A stretch of 64,000 bases of DNA from Polyangiaceae bacterium (GTDB lineage: Bacteria > Myxococcota_A > Polyangia > Polyangiales > Polyangiaceae), in assembly GCA_965222375.1 (NCBI GenBank), contig CBDCTZ010000014.1, positions 992,001 to 1,056,000 of the forward strand, given 5' to 3'. The notes under the pieces were generated by a model that was not told the origin of the DNA, ran no database searches, and saw only the letters and a list, made by a program, of their open reading frames with translations. The position numbers were made by a program, and so were the translations under genes. Numbering within the stretch: the first letter of the stretch is position 1; each line of letters begins with the position of its first letter. Shown in pieces: positions 38,181 to 47,848 of this stretch.

Positions 38181-38459
38181 ATGGATCGGGTGACGGTGAA
38201 GTCGACTGCGGTTGCGTCTGTTGGCTACGACCCGTCCACGCATACCCTTGAGGTCGAGTTTCGATCGGGCCGAGTGTACCTGTATGCTGACGTTCCTCGG
38301 TCCGCCTACGAGTGGCTGCTCCGTGCTCCCTCGAAGGGCGCGCTGATGAACCGCCTGATCAACCAATACGAAGCGCGGGATGTGACGCCCAGCCAAGAAG
38401 CAGATCTGAGAGAGGGCCTGCAACGTTCTCTGGCGGCGCTACGCGAACCGAAAGAGTAG
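38181..38459 (+). CDS. KTSC domain protein
   Basis: VKSTAVASVGYD...LEVEFRSG.VY.Y.DVP...LL.APSKG. Confidence 0.9.
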   Translation: MDRVTVKSTAVASVGYDPSTHTLEVEFRSGRVYLYADVPRSAYEWLLRAPSKGALMNRLINQYEARDVTPSQEADLREGLQRSLAALREPKE

Positions 38460-38472
38460 TCCCCGATTACCC

Positions 38473-38817
38473 CTACCGTCCTGAGCTCCTTGCTTTCTGA
38501 TTGGTAGACCGCAATAGTTCCCATACGTCGGTATTGACGGCTTCCGCTACCCTCAGAAGCGTTGTCGCCGTCGGGTTGACCTCTCCGTACTCGATGCGCT
38601 GCCAGCGTTTGGAGTCGATGGCGGCCTCGGCGGCGGCTTGCTCCTGCGTTAGGTTTGCCGCGAGTCTCGCACTGCGAACTCGCTTGCCGATATCGCGAAG
38701 CAGGCGCTTCTGCTTTGGGGCTCGCGAGTAGGCGCCAGTTTTGGCACGCCCCTTGCGTTTGGTGTGGCGCCGTGATGACACGCGGTTCGGGTAGCCGACT
38801 CTTGCGCGCCGGGACAC
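38473..38817 (-). CDS. XRE-family HTH regulator (start uncertain)
   Basis: IGKRVRSAR...LTQEQAA...QRIEYGEVNPT..TL.RVAEA. Confidence 0.85.
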   Translation of the reverse strand: MSRRARVGYPNRVSSRRHTKRKGRAKTGAYSRAPKQKRLLRDIGKRVRSARLAANLTQEQAAAEAAIDSKRWQRIEYGEVNPTATTLLRVAEAVNTDVWELLRSTNQKARSSGR

Positions 38818-38833
38818 CGTACTTTAATACGGT
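38816..38833. promoter_or_regulatory. Palindrome ACCGTA-N6-TACGGT, candidate XRE operator
   Basis: Perfect 6-bp arms around an AT-rich core, in the short gap between the divergent XRE and receiver genes. Confidence 0.5.
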
Positions 38834-38841
38834 ATTCAAGC

Positions 38842-39189
38842 GTGAAAGAACTCCTAATTGCCGAGGATGACCCAGAGGTGTTGAGGGCGTTGATGCGCCG
38901 ACTCCAAGGGGCAGGCTACGGCGTGAGCTGTTGCAGCAACACGCATCAAACTCTTGCGGAGCAGCGGGTGTTCGACGGCTACGTTCTGGACATTCAGCTG
39001 CCCGACGGTTGCGGGGTCGACGCGGCTCTGGCATTGAAGAGTCGGGGTGTTCTCGCTCCGTTCGTTTTTTTCACGGGGGGTGCTTCCGTAAGTACCCTCG
39101 CACTGGCCTCCACCGTTGGGTCCGTCGTTTTCAAGAGTGAAGGGGTCGGTGCGGTTTTGGCCACTCTCGAGTTCGCTTTGTCGTCATGA
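38842..39189 (+). CDS. Single-domain response regulator (receiver)
   Basis: LLIAEDD, LDIQLPDG.G, FFTG, conserved K. Confidence 0.8.
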   Translation: MKELLIAEDDPEVLRALMRRLQGAGYGVSCCSNTHQTLAEQRVFDGYVLDIQLPDGCGVDAALALKSRGVLAPFVFFTGGASVSTLALASTVGSVVFKSEGVGAVLATLEFALSS

Positions 39190-39312
39190 ACCGCGTCTGG
39201 GGGGCGAGTCACATGCTCGAAGCGCTCTACCCGGTTCGAATTCGCAGCGTAAATCCAGCGCTTCGAAGCGAGCACTAGGGGCGCCCCACGAACCGCGCTA
39301 TGCCTTCCGCTG

Positions 39313-40608
39313 GTGGCTGAAGACAAGACCGTCACGATTCATCAAGGGGCCAGCTCGTCTGGCGAAACCTACGCAGCGCGCGTGGTAGCTGGACCCGACG
39401 CTGGCCAAGAAATCTCGCTTCGTCCAGATCGTACGGTGACGATCGGCTCTTCCTCCGACAACGACCTAGCACTGTCGGATCGAACCGTTAGCCGCTACCA
39501 CTTGGAGTTGAGGCCTGCGCCCGGCGGCATCTTGGTCAAGGACCTGGGAAGCTTGAACGGTACGTTTTTTCGGGAAGCTCGCGTTCAGTTGGCGATTCTC
39601 CCCACCGGTGTGGAGCTTCGTTTCGGCGCCAGCACGCTTGCCCTCCATGTTGCCGCGGCGGGCCCGGTGCAACCTCCGGAGCTGGCGGAACTGCCCGGCG
39701 TCATCGCAGAGAGCGCTGCGATGAAGCGAGTCGTGGCTACGATCGCAAAGCTAGCTCCGAACATGGTGTCGGTCCTGATCGAAGGCGAGACGGGTACCGG
39801 CAAAGAAGTCGTAGCTTCGGCCATTCATGCGTCGAGCCCCCGAGCCAAGGCGCCATTCGTGGTCGTGGACTGCGGAGCGCTACCGCCCACTCTGATCGCG
39901 TCGGAGCTGTTTGGGCACGAACGCGGCGCTTTCACGGGCGCGGCTCAGAAGCACGCGGGGGCCTTCGAGCGCGCCAAGGGCGGCACGCTTTTTCTGGATG
40001 AAATCGGCGAGCTGCCCTTGGAGCTGCAGCCCGCATTGCTTGGCGTGTTGGAGCGGCGCCGGTTTCGGCGCCTTGGAGGCGAACGCGATCTAGACGCGGA
40101 TTTTCGGCTGCTTTCGGCTACGCATCGAGACCTGAGGGCAGACGCCAATAGCGGGCGCTTCCGCGATGATCTGTACTTCCGACTCGCCGTATCGCGTATC
40201 GTCATTCCGCCCTTGCGCGAGCGCCCGGAGGACGTGGCCGCGCTCGCGCGCCACTTCGCAGAGCAGGTTGCCGGTACGCCGAACCCCGCCGGGCTGACCG
40301 AGGACCTGCTGGCGAAGCTTGCGGGCCAGCACTGGCGCGGCAACGCTCGGGAATTACGCAACTACATCGAGAACGCCATCGCTCTGGGTTTCGAACCCGA
40401 GGAGGCTGAGCGCACCGTCGCTGGAGCCGATGCCGACGAGATCCTTCCGTACAAAATCGCTCGCGCCGGCGTCGTGGGTAGCTTCGAAAAGGAGTACTTG
40501 AGTCGGCTGATAGCGGCATGCGACGGAAACGTGAGCGCCGCCGCCCGGCGCGCGGAGATGGATCGCGCTTACCTGCTGTCGCTACTGCGGCGACATGGGT
40601 TGCGCTGA
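39313..40608 (+). CDS. FHA-domain sigma-54-dependent transcriptional activator
   Basis: FHA (IGS...VSRYH...DLGSLNGT), GETGTGKE, GAFTGA, LFLDEIGE, Fis-type HTH. Confidence 0.95.
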   Translation: MAEDKTVTIHQGASSSGETYAARVVAGPDAGQEISLRPDRTVTIGSSSDNDLALSDRTVSRYHLELRPAPGGILVKDLGSLNGTFFREARVQLAILPTGVELRFGASTLALHVAAAGPVQPPELAELPGVIAESAAMKRVVATIAKLAPNMVSVLIEGETGTGKEVVASAIHASSPRAKAPFVVVDCGALPPTLIASELFGHERGAFTGAAQKHAGAFERAKGGTLFLDEIGELPLELQPALLGVLERRRFRRLGGERDLDADFRLLSATHRDLRADANSGRFRDDLYFRLAVSRIVIPPLRERPEDVAALARHFAEQVAGTPNPAGLTEDLLAKLAGQHWRGNARELRNYIENAIALGFEPEEAERTVAGADADEILPYKIARAGVVGSFEKEYLSRLIAACDGNVSAAARRAEMDRAYLLSLLRRHGLR

Positions 40609-40615
40609 GTGGCGC

Positions 40616-42295
40616 CTACTTGCTCCCGCCCTTCTTGAAGGGCGTCGGTGCCAGTTCGTCGACGGGTTTCGGTTTGGGTTTCGGAGTGGGTCTGGGAGCA
40701 GGGCGCCGCGGAGCCTCGAACTCTACCGTCACCGTACCTTTGGTCTTGCTTACTCTGGCGGTCGTCGTCTTGTTGGCTTCGTTGGTTGCTTCCACCTCGA
40801 GTTCCTCACCGACTTCTGATGGTTCGAGCTGGACCTCGACCCGCTTCGCGGGCGGCGAGATCTCGATGCTACGCCTCCCGAGGCGGAGCCTGACGAGCCT
40901 CTGGTTTGCGCGGACGACCAGGGAGGACTTGCTAGGTACGACCGGCGCATCCGGCGCAAAACTAGCGGCCGATGGCGAGGTCGGGCCCGAGTCTTCTGCA
41001 GTGGTCACGAACCCGGCGTCTTGGGTGCCGCGGGGTTCATGTGCGCCACGGCGTGCTCCCAACGGAGTGCTCAGGGCAACGACGGCGGCGGCGCCGACAA
41101 TGAGCGCAAGCACCACGGCGCCCGCGCCGATGGCGACCTTGCGGGTGCGCTGGGTCGAGGTCACCACCTGAAAGCCAGTGGCGCTTTCTTTCTCCTGCCC
41201 GACGGGGTCCTCCAACACCAAAGAGTCTCGCGACGAGGCATCGGCGGGAGTCACCAGCGCTTCACCGCTGATTTCTCGTGTCTTCGCGCCGGATTCACCG
41301 GCCCGCGTTGCTAGCACCCTAGCGATCTGCGACCGGCGCCGTGTGGTTGTGCTCTCAACTGCGAAACGCACCAGATTGGCGACCTCTGCCGCGCCCGCCA
41401 GGCCGAATTGATTGCGCCAAGCGGTCTCCAGGCTCTTGGCCAGGGCTTCGGCGCTGGGAGTGCGCTCTTCGACGTTCGCAGTGAGCGCGCCCGCGGCGGC
41501 CGCTTCGAGCTCCAGCGATAGGTCTGGGTTTACAGAGCGAAGCAGCGGTGGCGACTTCTGCACGATTGCCAGGAGCGTCTCGGTTTCGTTCTTGTTGGGG
41601 TATAGCCGGCGCCCGGCCAGGAGCTCCCAAGCGATCACTCCGGCGGCCCAGACGTCGCAGCGGCGGTCCACGCGAGAGCCGCGGGCCTGCTCCGGCGACA
41701 TGTAGCTGATCTTGCCCTTCAAGATCCCGGTTGCTGTCACTTGGCTGCCCTGGGCCTTGGCGATGCCGAAATCTGTCAGGCGACCGATGCCGTCCACGCC
41801 CACCAAGATGTTTTGTGGCGAGAAGTCCCGATGCACCAAGTTCACGGGTTCGCCAGCTTCGTCACGCAATTCGTGGGCCGCGTGCAGACCAGCCAGGGCG
41901 TCAATCAAGATGCGGCCGCTAACGCGCAGGGGCAGGGTCTTGTTCTGTTTGCGTAGCGCCCGGCTCAGTCCAGAGAGAGTGTCGCCCTCGATGTAGTCGA
42001 GAACAAGATACAGCCCCAGGGGGTCGTCGCCCGCCTCGACTACGGGAACGACATTGGGGTGCCGGATCCGAGCAGCAATCCTCGCTTCGTGCAACAAGTG
42101 CGTGGCCCACTCGGGATCGCCCCGCAAGTGGGCGTGCATCACCTTCAGCGCGTAGTCGCGGGTGACGCCTTGCACGACCTCAGCGCGAGCCAAATACACG
42201 GTTGCCATGCCACCCTTGCCAATGGGCACCAGCACTTCGAAACGGCCGATGCGCTCGGGGATCGGCGGCTCGTTGGAAGCGCCCGCTTCTGACAC
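40616..42295 (-). CDS. Membrane Ser/Thr protein kinase
   Basis: IGKGGMATV, ALK, HRDFSPQN, DFG, YMSPE, DVWAAG, TM segment. Start placed at GTG 42295. Confidence 0.95.
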   Translation of the reverse strand: MSEAGASNEPPIPERIGRFEVLVPIGKGGMATVYLARAEVVQGVTRDYALKVMHAHLRGDPEWATHLLHEARIAARIRHPNVVPVVEAGDDPLGLYLVLDYIEGDTLSGLSRALRKQNKTLPLRVSGRILIDALAGLHAAHELRDEAGEPVNLVHRDFSPQNILVGVDGIGRLTDFGIAKAQGSQVTATGILKGKISYMSPEQARGSRVDRRCDVWAAGVIAWELLAGRRLYPNKNETETLLAIVQKSPPLLRSVNPDLSLELEAAAAGALTANVEERTPSAEALAKSLETAWRNQFGLAGAAEVANLVRFAVESTTTRRRSQIARVLATRAGESGAKTREISGEALVTPADASSRDSLVLEDPVGQEKESATGFQVVTSTQRTRKVAIGAGAVVLALIVGAAAVVALSTPLGARRGAHEPRGTQDAGFVTTAEDSGPTSPSAASFAPDAPVVPSKSSLVVRANQRLVRLRLGRRSIEISPPAKRVEVQLEPSEVGEELEVEATNEANKTTTARVSKTKGTVTVEFEAPRRPAPRPTPKPKPKPVDELAPTPFKKGGSK

Positions 42296-42698
42296 CTTGG
42301 AATCATACGCCGGGACGCTTCGAGGTCCAAAGAACGTAAGAGTTCCGAGGGTTTTCCGCCGCTGCGCCCTGCTTCCTCCACGCACGGCGCGACGCGGCTG
42401 CGCCGTAGACCCGACTAGGCCTGGAATGGGGCTCTTCTTGTTTTGGATGGTTCGCCGTAGCCGTCATTGACCGTTCTTCGGTGAGCTTGCGGTCCGCCCA
42501 GGGAGTGTCCGTTCCTGGGCTCGCACTCGCTTTCCAGAGAGCTCAGCATCGCGAGCAGCAGGGAAACCGGTGAGGCCACGCAATGGGCGAGGATGGGTCT
42601 GAGCCCGGGCCGCCAGAACGCTCGTGCGCGATGTCCGATTCTATCGAGTGAGGCTCCGACTGACCGCTGCTACGCCCTGGCCAGTGGAGGCTAATCGA

Positions 42699-43421
42699 AT
42701 GCGTTTCGAAGTTGTCTGGATGTGTGGAGCTTCGGCCTGGCTTGCCATGGCGGCGTGTTCAGGCTCTGGGGGAGCCCCAGGAGGTTCGGGAGCGACGGGC
42801 GGAAGCTCGGATGCTGGTGGTGGCGCGGCTGCGATTGGCTCGGGTGGCAAAGGCGGGAGTTCCGGGGCCTCTCTCACGGGAGGCGCTTCTGGAAGCGGGT
42901 TTGGCGGGAGCGCCGGCAATCCAGCGGCGACCGGCGGCGCGGTGGGTAGCGGCGGCGCCTGCCCCGATGCGAGCGGTTGCCGAACCCCCGATGGCGTGTG
43001 TGTGGATGGTGACACGGGGCCGAAGGGTGGAAACTGGTGTGCCGTCGTCCCTGGTGGAACATGCGTGAAGTGCGACGGCCCCGGGCAAGAATGTCTCAGG
43101 CTACTAGGTGTTGGCGTTCAGGGCTACTGGTGCGGCGTGCCCAAGCAGCCGGGAGAGCCCTGCTCGAACTCCGCCGAGTGCGTCAACGACTGCGACCCGG
43201 TTAGCAACACCTGCGTTTTCAATTGTGGAAAGCTTGGCGACCAGTGCCTCAACTCATCACACTGTTGCGATTCGATGGCCTGCGATCCGGTGCAGAGTCG
43301 TTGCTGCAGGCCCGCGGGGTATCAGTTGCCAGCGGGCGCCTTTGGTGGCGCCGAGTGCTGCTCGGGTCAGACCGACACCTTGGAGCTGGCGGGAGGTGGC
43401 TACATCATACTCTGCAAGTGA
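42699..43421 (+). CDS. Cys-rich lipoprotein with Gly-rich linker
   Basis: GGAGG RBS, MAAC lipobox, dense Cys pattern with CC pairs. Confidence 0.8.
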   Translation: MRFEVVWMCGASAWLAMAACSGSGGAPGGSGATGGSSDAGGGAAAIGSGGKGGSSGASLTGGASGSGFGGSAGNPAATGGAVGSGGACPDASGCRTPDGVCVDGDTGPKGGNWCAVVPGGTCVKCDGPGQECLRLLGVGVQGYWCGVPKQPGEPCSNSAECVNDCDPVSNTCVFNCGKLGDQCLNSSHCCDSMACDPVQSRCCRPAGYQLPAGAFGGAECCSGQTDTLELAGGGYIILCK

Positions 43422-43650
43422 CGCGGGCACCGATCGCATGACTCAGCGCTGCAACCCTGCCTGAAAGCGGCGCCCGATGGGTTCCCTGGTCCCTGCCTGA
43501 CCACACCGGCGCCGGACCCCGGGCCGCAGCCGTGCTTGGACGTCGACCTGGACACCGGCCCCGATTCGTAACGACTCCTCAGCGCAGCAGCTCGGCGGAC
43601 TGGCACGCCGTGCGCTTCCGCGTCGTTGCTGCCCGACACCGTGACTCTTG

Positions 43651-43671
43651 CCCAGAGGGTAAGCCCTACAG
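43651..43671 (-). promoter_or_regulatory. Shared 21-bp motif, copy 1 (CTGTAGGGCTTACCCTCTGGG)
   Basis: 18/21 identical to 52568-52588. Confidence 0.6.
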
Positions 43672-43724
43672 GTGTCTGGTCGGGCCCCGGGGGAGTTCGC
43701 AAGTGGGCCGGTTGGCGCCCACGA

Positions 43725-43993
43725 TTCTCGGGGATTGGTCGAACCGGCGCGTGCGCCTTGGTATTCACTACGGTTCCTCGAAGGTCGAGTTCATCGTGGA
43801 TGGCGTGGTCGTGAAAGCTGTAACCGCTGCCGAGTCCAAGACCAAGTGGCCGCATATCGGTGGAGTGCCCATCGGAATGTTTCCGGTCTATGACATTTGG
43901 GCGAGCTCTGACCAACTCGAGTGGGCAGGCACATACGACCTCGCGTTGGCGCAAGCGTCGCCGCTGACGATGACAATGCGTGGCCGAGAGTGA
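43725..43993 (+). pseudogene. C-terminal fragment of a GH16-like glycoside hydrolase
   Basis: VEFIVDGVVVKAV...IWASS...WAG resembles the GH16 C-terminal half; no ExD(x)E catalytic motif or signal peptide upstream. Left boundary approximate. Confidence 0.45.
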
Positions 43994-44499
43994 TGAGCAG
44001 AGGGTGAACCCAGGGTCGGGGCCGCAGTTCCGCCCGCGATGGTCGGCTAGTGCACGACCTAGCGCTGGTCCACTTCGAGCCAACGATGCTGACAATGAGA
44101 GCACTCGTATTCCCGAAGACCAGGCCGTTTGCGCGCGACAGCCAGCATGTGTCGACACGTCTCCGTTCGCAGCGGAGGCTCCGAGCGGCACTTCTGTTGC
44201 AGTGGGACCATGCCAAGATCAAGCGTCGGCGCGGCGAAGTTGGGAACGCTGAGTCGTTTGATGTCGTAGGCGGTCACACTCACAACAACAGCAATTTGCA
44301 TGCCTGAACGCGGCGGCCGGGCGGAGAGTACTTGCTGGGGGGGCGGCTCCCGTGGCCGTCCTCCAGGTAGACATGGGTGCTGTCGAGTGCGACACCGTGC
44401 GTTGCGTCGGCCGCGAGCGCGCAGCGGCCGGCCGCTCAAAGTCTCGAATCGAGATTGGTGTTCGCGTCATGAGGAGAAAGGAACCGAGGAGTGGGCTGG

Positions 44500-45146
44500 T
44501 CACGGACGAGCGACTTTGAACAACCCTCCGGTCGCCGAAGAGAAGCTGCCCCAGTCCGTGAATTAGACATACTGCGCGTCGCTTGCGACGCCATGTCGTG
44601 ACTGGAGCACGTCGGCTGTGAACGCGATGGGTGGCTCCTTCGGCAACGTGAGTAGGTTGCCCGTCATCATCTGAGCTCCGTTGGTTCCGTCCCGGCCCCA
44701 GTACAGGTCGTCGTCTTGGCGAGACAAGAACCTCGCGCCAGCCTGACCGGATGCAAGGTCAGTTGCTTGACCTCCCGCCGCTGGGACTCGTCGAATGAAC
44801 TCCCCGTCGCGCCAGATGACGTCGCCATTCGCGATCACTAGGCCCCAGCCATTGATGTTACTTTCGGTCCCCTTGCCCGCCGCGAGCGACTGTGGCGAGC
44901 CGCCCGCTTTGGGGATGCGCAACACCGACCCGCTGGCAACGCTCGTCCAATAGGCATGGGTCGCGTCCAGCGTCATGATGAGCGGGCCGTCGAGGCCCGT
45001 AGCGAGCACCTGGGGATTGGAGCCGTCTTTCGCCGCGCGGGCCACTGTTCCGTCCGTCGCACCTTTGGTTCCACTGTTCGTCCAGTAGACGTGGGTCGCG
45101 TCCACCGCGATCCCCTTCGGGTTTAGCCCTGTGCCCACTTGCACCG
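44500..45146 (-). pseudogene. 5'-truncated beta-propeller paralog with a nonsense codon
   Basis: Colinear with the C-halves of 54207-55541 and 59235-60569. TAA at 44563-44565 replaces the Tyr of YVYFT and the frame continues FTDWG...GGLFKVARP-stop. Confidence 0.9.
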
Positions 45147-45452
45147 GCCGATTCCGCGATCGAAGGTCTTGCCGCCGCGAGTCGTGACTCCCGGGCGGAA
45201 CTTCAGAACATGGACCCAGGGCCCACTGCCTTCGCGTTTGAAAAGATCAACGAAACCCGTCCCCCCGTTGGCCTTGCCGCGTGCGTCGAACTTCGCATGG
45301 AAAACCCAGTCCGTCCACCCTCCCGTGAGAACGCTTGCCAGCGCGGCTTGACTCTGCGGCGTGGCGAAGTCCTTCATGCCATCCGGCCAACTCGATGGGG
45401 AGGGTTCGTCGCCGGTGTAGTGCATCTGTTGCTGCCATGGCACCTGGCCATT
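45147..45452 (-). pseudogene. Internal 306-nt fragment of a lyase-like gene
   Basis: 92/102 aa identical to 57672-57977 by manual alignment; no start or C-terminus. Confidence 0.9.
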
Positions 45453-45605
45453 GGGTGGTGCCGGCATGACGTCCGGCCACGTGCTCACGGCCGACGACGG
45501 CCAAGGCTGAGAAGTCCGTCTGAAGCAGGGGGTCGCTGGCGAGCTGCGGCGTTGGCGACATCTCGGAAAGCGTGGCGTCCCGCCGCTGCGAACTGATCTG
45601 GCGCT

Positions 45606-46529
45606 TCAGAACCGCAAGCTGGACCAGTTTGCAGCGCTGCTGTTTCGGCGTCGAGGCGCGCGAGTCGCCGATTCCGAGCTCCCGCTCGTGAGCAGTAGAT
45701 AGCTCCCGACGCCCACCGCAACGACGGCGCCACCCAGGGCTATGTTCGTGATCAGCCGGTTGCGCGTTCCGCGATCGCGGGCATCGGCGTCCGTGAAATT
45801 CGATGCTTCGTAGTCGTCGCTTGCGGACAAGGTTTGGGTGCCGAAGTAGGCGGCGGCACCGCCGAGGACAACGCCGCTGCCCAGAGCGATCCAACCCCAG
45901 GTGGCTTGGGACGGGGACGCAGCGGGTTTCTCGGGGGTGTCCTTCGTTGGCGGAGTGTCGCGGCCCGTGGGTGGGCGAGTTGGCCCCAAAGTTGCGGCTC
46001 CTGCTTCCACCTCGACGTTCAGCACTTCGCCCGCGCGAACCTGAATGGTCTTGGAGGCGCCGGATCCATCTGCCCGCTCGACGGATAGCTCGTGCGTGCC
46101 GGGAGTGAGGTGAAACTGCGTCGGGATGGGCGCGCGCTTCAGGTGGGCCACGCTGAGTGTGCCGCCCAGTGGTCCGGGTATCTTCACGTAGCCTAGGTTT
46201 TGCTTCAGTGCGGCGAGTACCGTGCGAGCTTTACCCGCGCGCTGCTCGTCCAGACCGCCCTGTTGCAGTGCTGCTTCGTAGCCGTCCGCCGCGCGTGCAT
46301 TTGCGCCAGCCTTCTGCCAAGCGAGGGCCGCGTTGTAGCGAAGCTGGGCATGGGGGGCCAGGCGGTTAGCCTCTTCGAAACGCTCCGCCGCACGTTTGAA
46401 TTCTCCCTCGGCAAAGGCCGCGCGCGCTTCCTGATCCGCCGCTGCCGCGCGCGATTCCTGAGACTGACCCCAGGCGGGGATGGTCAGAGTCGTTGTCAGG
46501 CACAGGGAGAGGATGGCAGCGCGAAACAC
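45606..46529 (-). CDS. TPR + PEGA-like secreted/membrane protein
   Basis: Signal peptide, TPR (AAERFEEA...YNAA), LTPGTHEL, hydrophobic C-terminal helices, terminal F. Start placed at GTG 46529. Confidence 0.8.
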   Translation of the reverse strand: MFRAAILSLCLTTTLTIPAWGQSQESRAAAADQEARAAFAEGEFKRAAERFEEANRLAPHAQLRYNAALAWQKAGANARAADGYEAALQQGGLDEQRAGKARTVLAALKQNLGYVKIPGPLGGTLSVAHLKRAPIPTQFHLTPGTHELSVERADGSGASKTIQVRAGEVLNVEVEAGAATLGPTRPPTGRDTPPTKDTPEKPAASPSQATWGWIALGSGVVLGGAAAYFGTQTLSASDDYEASNFTDADARDRGTRNRLITNIALGGAVVAVGVGSYLLLTSGSSESATRAPRRRNSSAANWSSLRF

Positions 46530-46651
46530 GTAGCCAGCGTACCACGAAGCAAGGCGCGAAATCGTCATCATCACCGCGTTCGCAACTGCTATGGGCGCAA
46601 CCATAGAGTTCCCGGTCTGCTGTGCGCATGGTTGCACCATGCTATGCTCCG

Positions 46652-47593
46652 ATGGTGCGCTTACGGTCGTGTACTTGGCTTGCGGTTGTCGCCACGTTGG
46701 CTTGCACCACCGATTTTCCGGAGCTTCGACCGGGCGCGGGGGGATCTCTGGGTGGCGCTGGGGCCGCCGGGGTTGGGGCCGCGGGAGGTAGCCAGGTGGG
46801 CGGTAGTGGGGGGATTGCTGGAGGAGGCGGAGCCGTCGGTGGCTCCAGTGGTAGCGCTGCGGGTGGCTCGAGCGGCAGCGCCACGGGTGGTTCAAGTGGC
46901 AGCGCAGGTGGTGGCGCCGCGGGCTCCGCGGGTACGGGGGGCTCCGCTGGCGCTGCGCCCAGCGGCCTCATCGGCTATTGGCCGCTCGAGGACAAGGCGG
47001 GCACCAAGGCCACCGACCAGGTTGGATTCCATGACGGTGTGCTTGCGCCCAGCAAAGTGACATGGACCAGCCAAGGAAAGGTGGGGTCGGCGCTGGAATT
47101 CGCTGATGGTGAAGGACTCGTGATGAACACACTGTCCGGATCTGCATTCCCCACCGCAGGCACGCTCAGCATGTGGCTTCGGGCAGACTTCGAGTCACCG
47201 CCGGCCAAGCACCGCAACATCTTCGACAAGGCCGACGCCACGCGAGACCACATCTACCTGCGGCGCTCCAAGCTGGACACGGGCGCCATCGACTTGCAGG
47301 CGCATTTTCAGAAATCGGACGGTAGTTGGGCGTTCCTCGGAAGTCACAAGGTCAAGGTGAAGACGTGGCAGCATGTCGCCGTTGGATGGGACGTTCCTGC
47401 GAAGGCGGGTTTTTACTACCTCGAGGGCAACCTCGAGACCGTCGATTTCTCCAAGCACCCGAATTGGACCCCCAAGGACCAGGAGTTCCGGTTCGGCCGC
47501 TTGCTGATAGGTACCATCGACGAAATCAGGTTGTACAACCGGATGCTGAGCCTCGCCGAGATACAGCTAGTAGCGCAGCTGAACGGCCCGTGA
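46652..47593 (+). CDS. LamG / concanavalin-like lipoprotein
   Basis: TLAC lipobox, GLIGYWPLED, GKVGSALEF, WQHVAV.W, GTIDEIRLYNR.LS. Confidence 0.9.
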   Translation: MVRLRSCTWLAVVATLACTTDFPELRPGAGGSLGGAGAAGVGAAGGSQVGGSGGIAGGGGAVGGSSGSAAGGSSGSATGGSSGSAGGGAAGSAGTGGSAGAAPSGLIGYWPLEDKAGTKATDQVGFHDGVLAPSKVTWTSQGKVGSALEFADGEGLVMNTLSGSAFPTAGTLSMWLRADFESPPAKHRNIFDKADATRDHIYLRRSKLDTGAIDLQAHFQKSDGSWAFLGSHKVKVKTWQHVAVGWDVPAKAGFYYLEGNLETVDFSKHPNWTPKDQEFRFGRLLIGTIDEIRLYNRMLSLAEIQLVAQLNGP

Positions 47594-47848
47594 CCCTATG
47601 TTTTCGACCAGCTCAGCTCTGTTGCTACCCAAGAAGGGATGGAGGTTTGGGTTGGCAACAGAGCTGAACCGGCTCTCCAGCAGACGCCTCCGCAGCGCTC
47701 GCATGCGGGGCGCGCCGAACGTTGCCCGCTTTCCGCGCCTTGACTGGCCCCGCGCACCCGCTGCGGCTCGTCGAGGCCCAGCTGACTGCGCTGACGTCTA
47801 CCGATGCGCCTTCCACCACTCTGCCGGCGCGATCTGTAGCGCCGGCGC

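Noticed and set aside
38181..38817. Prophage remnant suggested by KTSC + XRE
   Set aside because: No integrase, structural or replication genes nearby.
42555..42620. Cobalamin riboswitch-like AGGGAAACCGGTG
   Set aside because: The following AAxxCC stem and the B12 box are absent, and the downstream gene is unrelated to B12.
43419..43421. Selenocysteine recoding of the TGA in the Cys-rich lipoprotein
   Set aside because: No convincing bacterial SECIS hairpin after the codon, and the protein ends plausibly at ILCK.
44059..44301. Small Zn-ribbon-like ORF (YECSHCQHRW)
   Set aside because: Only one complete CxxC and no clear start or RBS. It may be further debris but cannot be supported.
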